Of a DNA stretch of 64,000 nucleotides, positions 24,695 through 36,847 are shown one piece after another (position 1 is the stretch's first letter; the number at the start of each line of letters is the position of its first letter). The DNA is from Octopus sinensis (lineage: Eukaryota): positions 52,266,001 to 52,330,000 of the forward strand of contig NC_043012.1 of NCBI RefSeq assembly GCF_006345805.1, given 5' to 3'. The translations under genes were made by a program, and so were the position numbers. Under the pieces are notes generated by a model. It was given only the letters and a program-made list of their open reading frames with translations, was not told the DNA's origin and did no database searches.

Positions 24695-24745
<51 letters not shown>

Positions 24746-24749
24746 TATA

Positions 24750-24793
<44 letters not shown>

Positions 24794-25353
24794 ATATATA
24801 TATATATGAAGAGAGGGGAGACAGACAAGCTGACAGATAGATAGACCGACAATCTAATTACAAGGACTATGTTCGATAGCACAGTTCTGAAATTTTGATA
24901 TTTCTTCAATTTAATTGTATATATGATGATAGAATTAATGTGTGAAATATATTTACATTCCTGAGGCATGCATTTTATCTTTGTCAAACAAAAAAAAATA
25001 TAATTCTTTATTGCTTTGTAAAAAAATGCTTTAACTTTACTTTATGAGGACATGTAAGGACTGCTTCCTATTAAAGTAAACCTCCTGCAATAGCTGGCAT
25101 CTGGTTGAGAATAATTAGGGAAATACATTTTATTGAAAATTTGCGGCAAAACCTATTTCTAGAATTTTCAAAGTGTTTCATCTGGGAAGCAGCACAGTGG
25201 CACAATTGCAAGTAAATATAAACATCACAACCCATTTTGATAGACATTTTCCCGTTTTCATTAGATATAAATAAGAGAGTATTACATACATATTATGTGT
25301 TCACTCTGTCAATTATATAGATTTTAACTCGCTACTACAGCTATGTATGTATG

Positions 25354-25745
25354 TCACTTCTATTTTTTAATTATTATAACTCTTCCACTGAAAGCGGAGC
25401 CAGTTTCCTACAAAGATACAAGTCTTCATCTTTGGGAAGTAGTGAAGACAAATTCACATTTGAAACTTCAGACAAGTCTTGCATATTTTTATTGTTCCAC
25501 TCACAGATTGCACTTGTAATGTAAGAATTAGCCGGTCGATTTTCTTTCTGAAAATCTCAGTTTATCCAGATTCTCCTTTAAACATTTACTAACAAAACCT
25601 AGTGCTCCAATTATTATTGGTATTAATATGAATTCATAGTCTGGATATAGAAATTGGAGGTTTCGAAGCAGTTATCCATAGATATCCCTTTTTACTTTGA
25701 TTTTCAAAGAAATATTTATATCTGCAGGGCAGTTGACCTCTATGA
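25354..25745 (-). mobile_element. 5'-truncated R4/Dong-like LINE 3' end inserted in a (CATA)n tract
   Basis: Minus strand: IEVNCPADINISLKIKVKRDIYG*LLRNLQFLYPDYEFILIPIIIGALGFV, then after a frameshift LQVQSVSGTIKICKTCLKFQM*; ~100-bp 3' UTR; CATA repeats on both sides. Confidence 0.8.
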
Positions 25746-25834
25746 CACTATGTATGTATGTATGTATGTATGTATGTACGTATGCATGTATGTACGTACG
25801 TATGACACATTGTATGTATGTATGTATGTATGTA

Positions 25835-26293
25835 AGGGCATCGCTGTTACACTTCCAGATAGGAAGGATCTTCCTATGATGCTGACATGCAGAGTCTGTG
25901 CAAGACCCTGCCTCAGTAAACCTGGATTCAAGAGTCATCTTCGTAGTCCTAAAGCGAGACATATGAGTGACAATCTGGCCACTGGTGGTTGTGTAACACA
26001 CCACACTAATTATATCTGTCGGGCATGTGGAAGAGACGGTAATTCGGTAATTGGTAGCTCCTTGTGGGTAGTAAAGAAATAGGTAATTCGGCGGAAGGAC
26101 TTAAACGACATGCAAAGGTACATGAAGCCCAGTTACAACTACATCCGGCTATCAGCGGTAAAGGTTTTAGTCGCCAGTTCTGTACAAGACATTGTAGATC
26201 TTTAGCTGGGCTAAAATGTCACATTCGATCACAGCACCGGTAACAGTTAAGCTTCGTGCAATGGCCATACTCGATAATGAGGGGGCAGCCATG
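25835..26293 (+). mobile_element. RTE-clade LINE 3' end with C2H2-like finger remnants
   Basis: LTCRVCARPCLSKPGFKSHLRS, YICRACGR, GLKRHAKVH and RSLAGLKCHIR motifs; terminal GGCCATACTCGATAATGAGGGGGCAGCCATGATAATAAT resembles RTE 3' ends. Confidence 0.72.
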
Positions 26294-26344
26294 ATAATAA
26301 TAACATGCATATATATGGGTTAGTCCATATTACTCCGTAATGAG

Positions 26345-26566
26345 CATGGGGCTGCTCTTCTGGTTTCTCTGGTGTATATATTCCTCCAAGGAAGAAACGC
26401 CAGTCAGTCGCAGGATCACTCCTTTTTATCAGCTGAGTGGACTACAGCAACGTGGAATGAAATGTTTTGTTCAAGACCACAATACTTTGCTCGGTTTTAG
26501 GAATTGAAAATATACTTTTACGATCATCGATCCTACATCCTAACAACTAGACCATGCGCTTCCTCA
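26345..26566 (-). mobile_element. Degenerate tRNA-derived SINE family D
   Basis: CAGCTGAGTGGACTACAGCAACGTGGAATGAAATGTTTTGTTCAAGACCACAA matches 53567-53805. Confidence 0.78.
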
Positions 26567-26689
26567 ATGCCTGTGTGTGTATCTGTGTGCGTGGGCGTGT
26601 AGGAGTGTGTGTGTGTGTATGCATGTGTGTGTGCTTGAATTTTATGGGGCGGGACAAAATCTACAGTGACCATTGTGTAGAACTGTTTA

Positions 26690-27242
26690 ACAACTGACAG
26701 CCGCGCGATCAAACGCACACACGTACACAAAAAATGTTTTCTACCCCTTGACGGAGTTCTCAGCAGTGACCAGAAAATAGCGCTTCTTACCAACTTGCGC
26801 CAGCACACATATATAGAACAGTAAACACACACATGTCTCTAAGTAGATTTTGTGTCGCCCCATATAATACATCCAATATTCTTTAAATAGTCAGAACTTT
26901 ACTCTCGGTCACAAAGAACATCTACACACCCCGTGCCCTCACCCACAGGAATGACCGCTGCCTGACCCGTTAAAATCTTCAACGCACCCACCACCCGTTC
27001 TCAACATACACTGATAAACAGTTTGGCCATGGGCTCTTAGGAGCTTAGTTCGATTTGTTTTGCTCCGCCTCTGTTCTGTTTTTGTTTTTTCCAACGGATT
27101 TCCTATTTCTTCCTGAAGAGAAAGACACAATATGGTCTCATTATTCAATCGGATTTTGGTAAAATGTGCCTTTCGAAACACGTGTAGAATGAATAAAACG
27201 ATTTCTGTTCAATCTTCTTTCAGCTCCATTTCTTCAATTCAC
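26690..27242 (+). mobile_element. Solo partial PLE pseudo-LTR, a diverged copy of 29103-29810
   Basis: Collinear with ~29295-29800; ends CAGCTCCATTTCTTCAATTCAC followed by (TA)n. Confidence 0.88.
27110..27189 (+). ncRNA. Type I HHR with extended helix II and palindromic helix III
   Basis: TTC CTGAAGA GAAAG-ACACAA...TGTG-C-CTTTC GAA ACACGTGT A GAA: intact CUGANGA and GAAA core, ACACGTGT palindrome, GUA cleavage site, 3-bp helix I. Confidence 0.8.
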
Positions 27243-27332
<90 letters not shown>

Positions 27333-27346
27333 AGAGGAGGAGAGAG

Positions 27347-27511
27347 AGAAATACAATAAGAGGCTTCCAAATAGGAAAGCGTTGTGCTAGAACACAAAAA
27401 AGATAAATTCAAGAAAGGAATGAAAATTAAAAACGTTTACCATCTCAACTATTTCCCAGACCGACGGTTTCTAACACGCTTTCCTATTTGGAAGCCTCTT
27501 ATTTTATTTCT
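27347..27511. repeat. Small foldback with ~45-bp arms (27347-27393 / 27467-27511)
   Basis: ATAAGAGGCTTCCAAATAGGAAAGCGT and its exact reverse complement ACGCTTTCCTATTTGGAAGCCTCTTAT. Confidence 0.88.
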
Positions 27512-27857
27512 ATATGAATAATATATAGTCTAATGACTAATTCGTTTTTTGTGCTAGGCCACTGGTAATAATAATTTATTATTACATTATTACCCTATGT
27601 TATCATGTTTATATTATATTATATTAATATATATATATATTATATTATGGAATATAAAGATGAATAATCTTGTTGTAGATTAATCAAAAGTTACCGATAC
27701 CTTAGTAGCAAAAATCACAGCAGTAAACAGCACGGTTGGAGGTACAACCATCTGGCGTTGCAGCAACCGTGCGTTGGTGCGGATAATTGAAATTAAACAT
27801 TATGGTGAATTGAAGAAATGGAGCTGAACGCAGATTGACAGCAATCGTTTTATTTCA

Positions 27858-27937
27858 TTCTACACGTGTTTCGAAAGGCACAAATTACCAAAATCCGATT
27901 GAATAATGGGACCATATTGTGTCTTTCTCTTCAGGAA
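27858..27937 (-). ncRNA. Type I HHR in the inverted pLTR, intact core
   Basis: Minus strand: TTC CTGAAGA GAAAGACACAA...TTGTGCCTTTC GAAACACGTGTA GAA. Confidence 0.8.
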
Positions 27938-28619
27938 GAAAAAAGGAAATCCGTAAGAGAAACAAAACAGAACAGAGGCGGAGCAAAACCCAAATCGAAC
28001 TATGCTCCTAAGAGCCCATGGCGAAACTGTTTATCAGTGTATGCTGAGAACCGGTGGCTGAAGAATTCTACAGGTCGGCAATCGGTCAATCATGTGGGTG
28101 AGGGTGTATAGATGTTCTTAGTGACCGAGAATAAAGTTCTGACTATTTAGGAATATTGGATGTTTTATAAGGGGCGAGAAAAAATCTACTTAGAGACGTG
28201 TGTGTGTGTATACTGTTCTATATATGTATGTGGTTGGCGTAGGGGTAGAAAACACTTTTGTGTACGTGTGTGCGTTTGATCGTTCGGCTGTCAGTGGCTA
28301 CTGCCGTGATAACCGTTGGGTGGCAGAAAGAACAAAATATATATATATTATGTTTTATGTGTGTGGTGTGTTCATCTGAGCCTGCCTTGTCAAGAAACCC
28401 CCCCCCTGTGAAAAAACCAAGCCCCGTTTGTCTTACAGGAGTAATTCCCCTTGCAGTGGATAATCGTAGATATCTTAAAGGCTATTTCACCACGGGCCTA
28501 GCAATGACAGTACTCTGATAGATAGTGGAGAATCAGGGTTATTCCTATAGTAATAGTGACGTAGTGGAAATAGAGTAGTAAGCGGCTGCAGGTCTCGGAA
28601 CGAATATAGTGACAGGAAC

Positions 28620-29057
28620 GCAGTTCTAATTTCAGAAACTAATCCTAGCAGATTAAGATTTACGTCGGCGAACTCCAAGATCAAAAACGCCGTCTACCAA
28701 TGCAAGGTTTTACACGGACTCAGATGTCTTCACTTATGTAGGGGCATCATCCTCAAGATTGTCTTTGCGTGTCCTCCATCATACGCACAATTTTTCGGGA
28801 CGTGAACAAGCGCCAGACCACGGGACTCAGTAAGCTAATATGGCGACTGAAGGATACGAACTTAACTACAGGCTGGAATGGTCAATTTTGTCGGTGGCCC
28901 TCCCTCCATTTGATAGGGGCAGAAAAGACAGTGTAACCTTTGTGTCTCCGAACTCTTCCATATTTTGTTTGCCAGAGGCCGGATGGTGAACGGGCTCTTA
29001 CAGTCGGCTTTTCGATGCCCCCATTGGCGGCGTTACACTTATCTGGCTTTTAAATAG
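28620..29057 (+). pseudogene. Frameshifted PLE GIY-YIG endonuclease C-terminal region
   Basis: Reading across frameshifts: IKNAVYQCKV / VFTYVGASS (GIY and YIG equivalents) / QTTGLSKLIWRLKD / NYRLEWSILSVA / KRQCNLCVSELFHILFARGRMVN / CPHWRRYTYLAFK* (TAG at 29055-29057). This matches the PLE pattern VY..YIG...T.LS.HIW.LK...W.IL...C.LC..E...C.H. Confidence 0.85.
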
Positions 29058-29662
29058 CGTTTATAAATAATACCGGCACCCATAGCCCTTGGTAACAAAT
29101 TCTGAAATAGCCTTTAAGATATCTACGATTATCCACTGCAAGGGGAATTACTCCTGTAAGACAAACGGGGCTTGGTTTTTTCACAGCGGGGGGTTTTCCT
29201 TGACAAGGCATGCTCAGATGAACACACACACACATAAAACATAATATATATATATTTTTTCTTTCTGCCACCCCACGGTTATCACGGCAGTAGCCACTGA
29301 ACAGCCGAACGATCAAACGCACACACGTACACAAAGTGTTTTCTAATACCCCTACGACGCCAACACACACATATATAGAACAGTATACACACACACACGT
29401 CTCTAAGTAGATTTTTTCTCGCCCCTTATAAAACATCCAATATTCCTTAAACAGTCAGAACTTTATTCTCGGTCCTAAGAACATCTATACACCCTCACCC
29501 ACATGATTGACCGATGCCTGACCTGTAGAATTCTTCAGCCACCGGTTCTCAGCATACACTGATAAACAGTTTCGCCCATGGGCTCTTAGGAGCATAGTTC
29601 GATTTGGTTTTTGCTCCGCCTCTTTCTGTTTTTGTTTTCTTCTCTTACGGATTCCTTTTTTC

Positions 29663-29745
29663 TTCCTGAAAGAGAAAGACACAATATGGTCCCATTATTC
29701 AATCGGATTTTGGTAATTTGTGCCTTTCGAAAACACAGTGTAGAA
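29663..29745 (+). ncRNA. HHR copy in the sense pLTR, core disrupted by small indels
   Basis: CTGAAAGA and GAAAACACAGTGTA replace CTGAAGA and GAAACACGTGTA; helix II arms are retained. Some indels could be assembly errors. Confidence 0.6.
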
Positions 29746-29847
29746 TGAAATAAAACGATTTCTGTTCAATCTGCGTTCAGCTCCATTTCTTCAATTCACC
29801 AATAATGTTTTATATATATATATAATATATATAATATCTGTGATCTT

Positions 29848-30090
29848 TTGTCTCATTCATTAGACTGCGGCCATGCTGCTAGGTTACTGGGACATAATCA
29901 CACCAGTAATCGAGCCGTAGTGATGGACAAGTACAAAGACACACACTAACACACACACATATATACACGACGATCTTCTTTTAGCTTCCGTCTACCAAAT
30001 CCATTCATGAGGCTGTAGTAGAAGACACTCTCCCAATGGACCATGCCGTGGGATTGTACAGGGAACCATGTGATTGGGTAGCAAGAGTAA
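29848..30090 (-). mobile_element. Internally deleted SINE family B
   Basis: GACTGCGGCCATGCTG, TTCCGTCTACCAAATCCA, GTAGAAGACACT and GGAACCATGTG are reverse complements of family B motifs. Confidence 0.78.
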
Positions 30091-31396
30091 AAACAAAAGA
30101 TGAATGAATATTTCTTAAGCAAACGGAGCATCAGAAATATGAAAATTATTTTAGCTTCGCAGGTTTTATGGAACACTACAATATGATATTGCATTATTTT
30201 ATGTGTCGCTTCAAGTAAAAGGTATTATCATTTAATAGCGATAAACGTAGTTGTAACGTCTTCTTCATGAAATCCTTTTTGCGCCTTCATTTTGGCTTCT
30301 AAAAACATATTACCATTCCACCGCTTCAGTGACTTGCATCTTCATCTACTTATTCTCATCTATTTAAGGCATGTAAAGATTGTTTTCTTTTGATAATTGG
30401 TAGTGCATAGATTCCATAACAGAAGAGAAGCTATTGATATTTTGTCTGGTTTTCTGGTACACAATCAAACCTACCATATTAGGTTTTTCAATTAACCTAT
30501 CGTGCTGATTAGTATGTTTCTCTCATGTAAGTATGAAATATAAATTATTTATCATAGTTTTATTGTTGAGCTTTAGAATTGCAAAACATCAGTGGCTGTT
30601 CGTTATAACTTTCTATTTTATGTTATTATAAACATTTCTCTATATTGATGGATCTAATATGGATTTCTTCTTTTACCTATTAATTAAAAGGGTAATGAAA
30701 AGTAGAAATGAGAAGTCGTTGGAGGAAATGGCTTATAAAGTTTGGAAATTTCACGAACAGTGTGAGTACGAGTCATATGCGAATGTTGTGCACACGTGTT
30801 TGCACTTGTATAAGTGAAAAATATCGCTATGCTGACTATCACCCCCTACTCTCTTTCCCTCCTCTTCCCTTCTTTCCCTTCTTCCCTTTTCTTCTTTCTT
30901 CTTTCTTTTTCCCTCTTCCCCTTCTCTCTTTCTCTCTGCTCCCTCATTTCCCTTCTCTCCCCTCCCCCTTCTCCTCCTCTCCTTCCTCCTCATTTCCCTC
31001 CTCCTCCTCCCCTCTCACCCTCATCTCATCTCTACCCCCCTCCTCTCTCTTCTCTCCTCCTCTCACACTCCCCACAACCCCCACTCTACCCCAACCCCCA
31101 GCCGAAACCACACCCCACATGGGATTTCCCCACTCTCGCCCCCACCTCCCCACAACATCACACAACACTACACCATACGACATTACACATCACATCATAC
31201 ATACATACACACGTCCAGACCACCAGCCCTCTTTCACACGCACATACATATTCTCTTATACACACACGCACCTTCATGTTAGGGCGAGGTCACTTGACCC
31301 TTTTATCTCCCCTACTATCCCTCTAGCATCTAACATCTGACCTCTGACGTCTGACCTCTGAACTCCTGCCTGAAATCAGAACGCCATGTTGGATCA

Positions 31397-31577
31397 TTAG
31401 CTCCTACACGCATTTTTTGCTCTCCTTGTTTCTTTTCTGTGTATCTTTCTGTCGAAGAGCGTAGGCTTGAAACGTAAAAGACTTGTTTTATTTCTATTCC
31501 TGAGCGCCATACTAATACAACTGTTTGTTTGTACTCCACCTGCCTTCGTCCCTTGTTTATTTTCGTAAACCTTCCCG

Positions 31578-31580
<3 letters not shown>
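31397..31580 (+). mobile_element. pLTR-like repeat with an HHR scaffold at 31444-31481, ending at (TA)n
   Basis: TCTTT CTGTCGA A GAGC GTAG GCTT GAAA CGTA AAAGA: helix I TCTTT/AAAGA and ACGT palindrome; the core is mutated here but reads CTGATGA in the 62122 copy. Confidence 0.75.
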
Positions 31581-31623
<43 letters not shown>

Positions 31624-31632
31624 AATATATAT

Positions 31633-31700
<68 letters not shown>

Positions 31701-31703
<3 letters not shown>

Positions 31704-31800
31704 GAGTGTATATGATAATTTATTAGCTCTAATATATATATATTATATATATATATATTATATATATTAGAGCTAATAAATTATCATATACACTCATATA
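31701..31800. repeat. Inverted repeat with ~32-bp unique arms around a TA spacer, within (TA)n
   Basis: TATGAGTGTATATGATAATTTATTAGCTCTAATA ... TATTAGAGCTAATAAATTATCATATACACTCATA, a perfect match. Confidence 0.9.
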
Positions 31801-32472
31801 TACATATGGAGACACATTTGTCCTTTTCCCTCCAATATTCGGTCTCTCTCTCCCCCCTATCTCTCTCTCCCGCTTATTTCATCCTTCCTGTAGAAGAGAG
31901 TATATTTGAATAATTAAAGACTCCATCCACTTTGACTGTCGCCTTACTTTTTTTATCTAGTGTTTTTTTATTTCTTTCGGGAACTATATGTACACACACA
32001 CACACACACACATATATATACATAAATACATACATACATACCTACATATTTGCATACATATAGAACAGATGAAAGAAGTGACGTAAGATTCTTTACCATG
32101 CTTACAGCTGTTTCATAACGTTGTTATGTATTACAGATATTATAAAACTCACAAATTATAAAACAGCGCTAAACGTATGGAATAATCATATACACTTTGA
32201 CGTAAATTCTCTTATGGTTTCTAGATAATATAGCTTCTCCCCATCATTGTATATCATGGATTTTCAGATCCCTGCGCGGATTTACCCTAGCCTCAACCAC
32301 AGTTAAAGTTTGTCGGAGATCTTAATGTGAGATGTATATGACTTTTATTAAATTCCCTACTACTACTACTACCACCACCACCAGCACCACTACTACTACT
32401 ACTTATACTCCTTCTACTACTACTACGACGACGACGACCACGACGACGACAACGATGACGACGACGACGAAT

Positions 32473-32504
<32 letters not shown>

Positions 32505-32523
32505 GACAACGATGACGACGACG

Positions 32524-32581
<58 letters not shown>

Positions 32582-32825
32582 TGTAAGCGAGTAAACCATC
32601 ATTGCCTCTGGTCGGAAGGTTAGTCTGTTGCAGGCTTACTCATTTACAGTTTGGGCGAAATTGAGTAACGTCAATTGAAATGTCCTGTTCATGGAGACAA
32701 GGTGCAACCGGTTTGACAGTCGAAGCTACGATCTCACGAACGCGTAAGGAACACTCTTACCCACTAGGGCACGCGTCTCAGGTATGTGTGTGCGCATGCG
32801 TGCGCGCGCGTGCTTTATATGTTTT

Positions 32826-32858
<33 letters not shown>

Positions 32859-35321
32859 GTGTGTGTGTTTGTGTTTGTGAGTGTAATGCACACACACATA
32901 AGTTAGGAAATGTAGCATGGAATACCTCACAATGTAGGTTATAGTTTAGAGGATTCATTTCACTTATCATTTAGTAGAGATGTCGATAGTTCAGTAAATC
33001 AATGTGTGTGGGGGTGGGGCGTGAGAGAGTTTGAGTTATTTGGTGAAGCATGTTGGGAAGTGGAGCAGTTAGAAGAACAGAAAATACGTGGTTGTGGACA
33101 AGAATTGTTGCGACTGTACTCAAATATGTGATATACCTACCCACTTACACTTCAGTTATTCTACTACCACTCACTCACTCGCTATTTGCACTTTCACAAC
33201 TTAGCGCTTCTGCATTCTCCTCTTATAATGATAGCAAATAATTACACAAAGCTGGTTATTAAACTTATTTTCGCTACAATTTATAGGCGAAGGGGAAAAT
33301 GACTGCTTTTTTCTTTTCTTGTTTTCATATATTTTTTGAGTTTTATTTCCTTTCTACTACAGAAGAATCAAATTTTCCTTTCTCATTGGAAACGTTTTTC
33401 ACGTACAATCTACAACCAAATAGCAAACTATGTATATTATAAATATTTTCCTATCTTCTATCTTTCCCATTTCCCTTTTTTTTAATTAGATATCGTTGAT
33501 TTACTTTCTTTTCAAGTTATTTGTTTGACTATTGTTTCTCGATCTTACTTTAATAGTCGGAATCCATATTATCCATGCATTAAATTTTAAGAATTTGTTT
33601 GAAATTGTACCGAGCCGCTAAATAATGATGAGGCAATTCTTACCGTTAAGTAAACGTTAAGTAAAATTTCTGGAAAATACCTGTTTAACATCGATGATAA
33701 GAAGGATGTTGATCATGATGTATTGGTGTAGACGATATCGAGATATAAAGAGTCTGCTGAGTGTTGCAAAATATTTTAAATGTATGAAATCTCTCACTAT
33801 TAAAATGTTTCAGGTCCAGTTAATGAGAGATTTTAATTCCTGAAGAAGTGATAAACAAACGTGGGAAAAACGTGAAGAAGTTTGGTGCAAAAAAAAAATG
33901 GAACGTGGAAAAACGAAACGAAATGAGCGCAAATGAGATCTTCGTCCTCCCTGATTGCAGAAAGTTCATTAAATACTGGTTTAGAACAAAATAACTGGAA
34001 ATACGTCAAAGTCTGCGAGACCGCAACTCAATCTGGAGCGGGTGGTGCCATCCGATTCGATAAAAGAAACCTTGAAAAGAGAATGAATAAGTTTTAAGGA
34101 CTTTTCATTCAAATGATTCACTTTGCAGAATCGTTTGTAGTATAAATGATACGATCCCGTGTCAGTTAAACATCAAATCCGATTCTAACTTTCGATATTG
34201 TTATTTGATAACAACGTACAACCCATTATTACTGCTTTACTTGAAGGATAAAACAAAAGAAAGCATAAATATATGTATGGAATGAATAATTCGAAATCGA
34301 TTTCGAGTGACCTGGAGGTAAGGTGAAGCGGGGGCAATCTGGAATCGCTACAGCGAGACCTCATGATTGCGAAGAGATATTCTGAACTATTCAGCCATGC
34401 TAGTGTCCTGCGCATAAATGGCTGTTAACTAAATAACACAAATCGCTTAGTCGGGCACTTTACAGTTTTTTATCCACTTCCACCAGCCCAAACATTGTAC
34501 TCATATTGCATTATAAAATGGCTATGATATAGACTTTTCAATTTTTTTCTCTTTAATTATTGTTGACCTGGATGCTTTCGCAAAAACTTTCCCATTAAAC
34601 TCAAATTTTATTATGATTTAAAATACCGCTTAGTTTGTTATATTTGATATTACTGCTCCTCTTATTGTTTTTATTACTTTATATTTGGTGTGCTCGTTGT
34701 TAAATGCTTATTTCTTCTACTTTGTATTTTTTAGCTTCTTTATTCGTTATCATTAAAACAATGATTCAAAAAACATCAGATAAACAACAAAATTTCAAAT
34801 ACTTTATCAAACCTCAACCCCCGTCTTGTAAAAGAAAAAAATCGTTATTTAACCTTTATTTCTTTGGAAATAAGCAGACGTACAGTCTGATACCAACGAA
34901 ATGCTAATGCTCCCCCACCCCCTACATATTCATTTCCAACTCCAAAATATTATTTGAAATATAAAATTCTATTTCAAATAAGAGACTGAAAATTATTTTG
35001 TTTTGTTATTTTTATTAGCATTATTATTATATTTTCTTTTCTTCTTTTTTTTTCCTTTTGGTGCTTTCCTTCTTCTCTTCCTTCATTTTTCGAAAGAAGT
35101 TTCTAAACTGAAAAATGGAAAAGAAGAAAAGGAAATGAAAGTGTTTTATAAATCATTAACGAAAAAAAACTTTTAAAAGAATCGTTTTATATAGATAGCA
35201 TTAATTTCCCTGTTAGATTGATATTTGCCTATAACCCGCAGCACACAGAACCACACATAAATTTACACATGAATATAATTCTGTCCCTCCATTCTCTTTC
35301 TCACTCCGTCTCTCTCTCCCT

Positions 35322-35359
<38 letters not shown>

Positions 35360-35551
35360 CACACACACATATATATATATACGAACACACATATATGGGT
35401 ATGTATGTATATATCAAATATAAACACACATGCACACACAAAAACACACACGTATATATGTACCAATATCTATCTATATAAATATATAGATATGCTATAA
35501 GTATAATTATTCCTATAATTCCCTCCCCTCTCTCTCTCTCTCTCTCTCTGA

Positions 35552-35586
<35 letters not shown>

Positions 35587-35651
35587 CTTTGTGTATATAT
35601 ACACATACACATATATATATGTATATGTACATAATACATATTATATATATT

Positions 35652-35695
<44 letters not shown>

Positions 35696-35962
35696 GTAGG
35701 ATCGTGGTTTCGATTCCCAGAACGGGCGTTGTGAGTGTTTATTGAGCGAAAACGCCTAAAGGTCCACGAGGCTCCGGCAGGGGGTGGTGGCGATCCCTGC
35801 TGTACTCTTTCGCCACAACTTTCTCTCACTCTTTCTTCTGTTGGCCTGCTCGCTTAGCCAGCGGGGTGGCGTCATTTAAAGGTTAAAACAATACGAAACG
35901 CATTGTGACCAGCGATGTGTAGCAACATCTGATAGCCTGGTCGGTCACGGTGATCACGGTGA
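35696..35962 (+). mobile_element. SINE family C, 5'-truncated
   Basis: GGTTTCGATTCC B box, TTGTGAGTGTTTATTGAGCG and tandem CACGGTGAT tail. Confidence 0.85.
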
Positions 35963-36284
35963 TATATTCACATACATACACATGTTTGTATCTAGGTATA
36001 TTCAAATATCATAGTGTTTTATTTTAATACTTGTTTCTCTGGAGTGGACCAATGTAATCAGTAGAGCACCGTGAGAAAATGAAAGAAGACACCATCTTCT
36101 ATCGTCTCATAGATTTGAGTTAGTTGCCCTTATGCTTAGCGTTCTAGTTTTGTACCAACTCCAGGTTGTTTGTTGCACCTTCTATGCGTGGTAAACTATA
36201 ATCAAATACAGCGATGAATCTTCCTTTTGAAGGGGGTATCATTCAATCATGTTGCTAAATACGTTCTTATATTCCCTTCACTGT

Positions 36285-36492
36285 AAGGCGGTTATCTAGC
36301 AGAATCGTTAGTACACTGGACAAAAGGCTTAGCGGCATTTCGACCGTCTTTATGTTCTGAGTTCAAATTCTGCCGAATTCGACCTCGCATTTTATCTTTT
36401 CGGCGTCGGTGAAATATATACCAATTGTTGCCTGGGGATAATCAACTTATCCCCTCCTTGAATTTGCCGATCCTGTGTCAAATTTTATAACC
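36285..36492 (+). mobile_element. SINE family A
   Basis: AAGGCGGTTATCTAGCAGAATCGTTAG...GAGTTCAAATTCTGCCGAA. Confidence 0.82.
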
Positions 36493-36847
36493 AATGTTTC
36501 CTTGTCTCACATATATTCCGAGTTCAAATTCAAATTTGGTTAAATTAATGTTTTCTACGACAAATGGTGATGAATACATACACACCAACTCGATAAAATA
36601 CTTATTACCGATTGGAACCAATTGTATCGACTCAGCCTGTTCCATGTAAATTAAAATAAATTATTAGCTTAGCTCCAAAGTATTAAATAAACCCATTAAA
36701 CTCTGAAAACTTTAACAAGAGAATAAATATTAGAAGCGAGAATATTTTTGACGTTAGCAAAATGTTACATATCCACAATCTGCTTTCATTTGCACCTGTT
36801 GAATTTCTGAATCCGGTGGGCTGCGGTGCTATGTCTTTTCGTCTGGC

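Larger units (their letters stand above)
27795..29810 (+). mobile_element. Degraded Penelope-like element: inverted pLTR (27795-28489), GIY-YIG endonuclease remnant, sense pLTR (29103-29810)
   Basis: ~700-bp inverted arms; the spacer encodes a frameshifted PLE-type endonuclease; both arms carry the HHR; the right end abuts (TA)n. Confidence 0.88.

Noticed and set aside
26939-29682. Repeated short ORFs (MFRKAQITKIRL..., MCTCVRLIVRL...) in several copies
   Set aside because: They are antisense readings of the duplicated pLTR, not a gene family.
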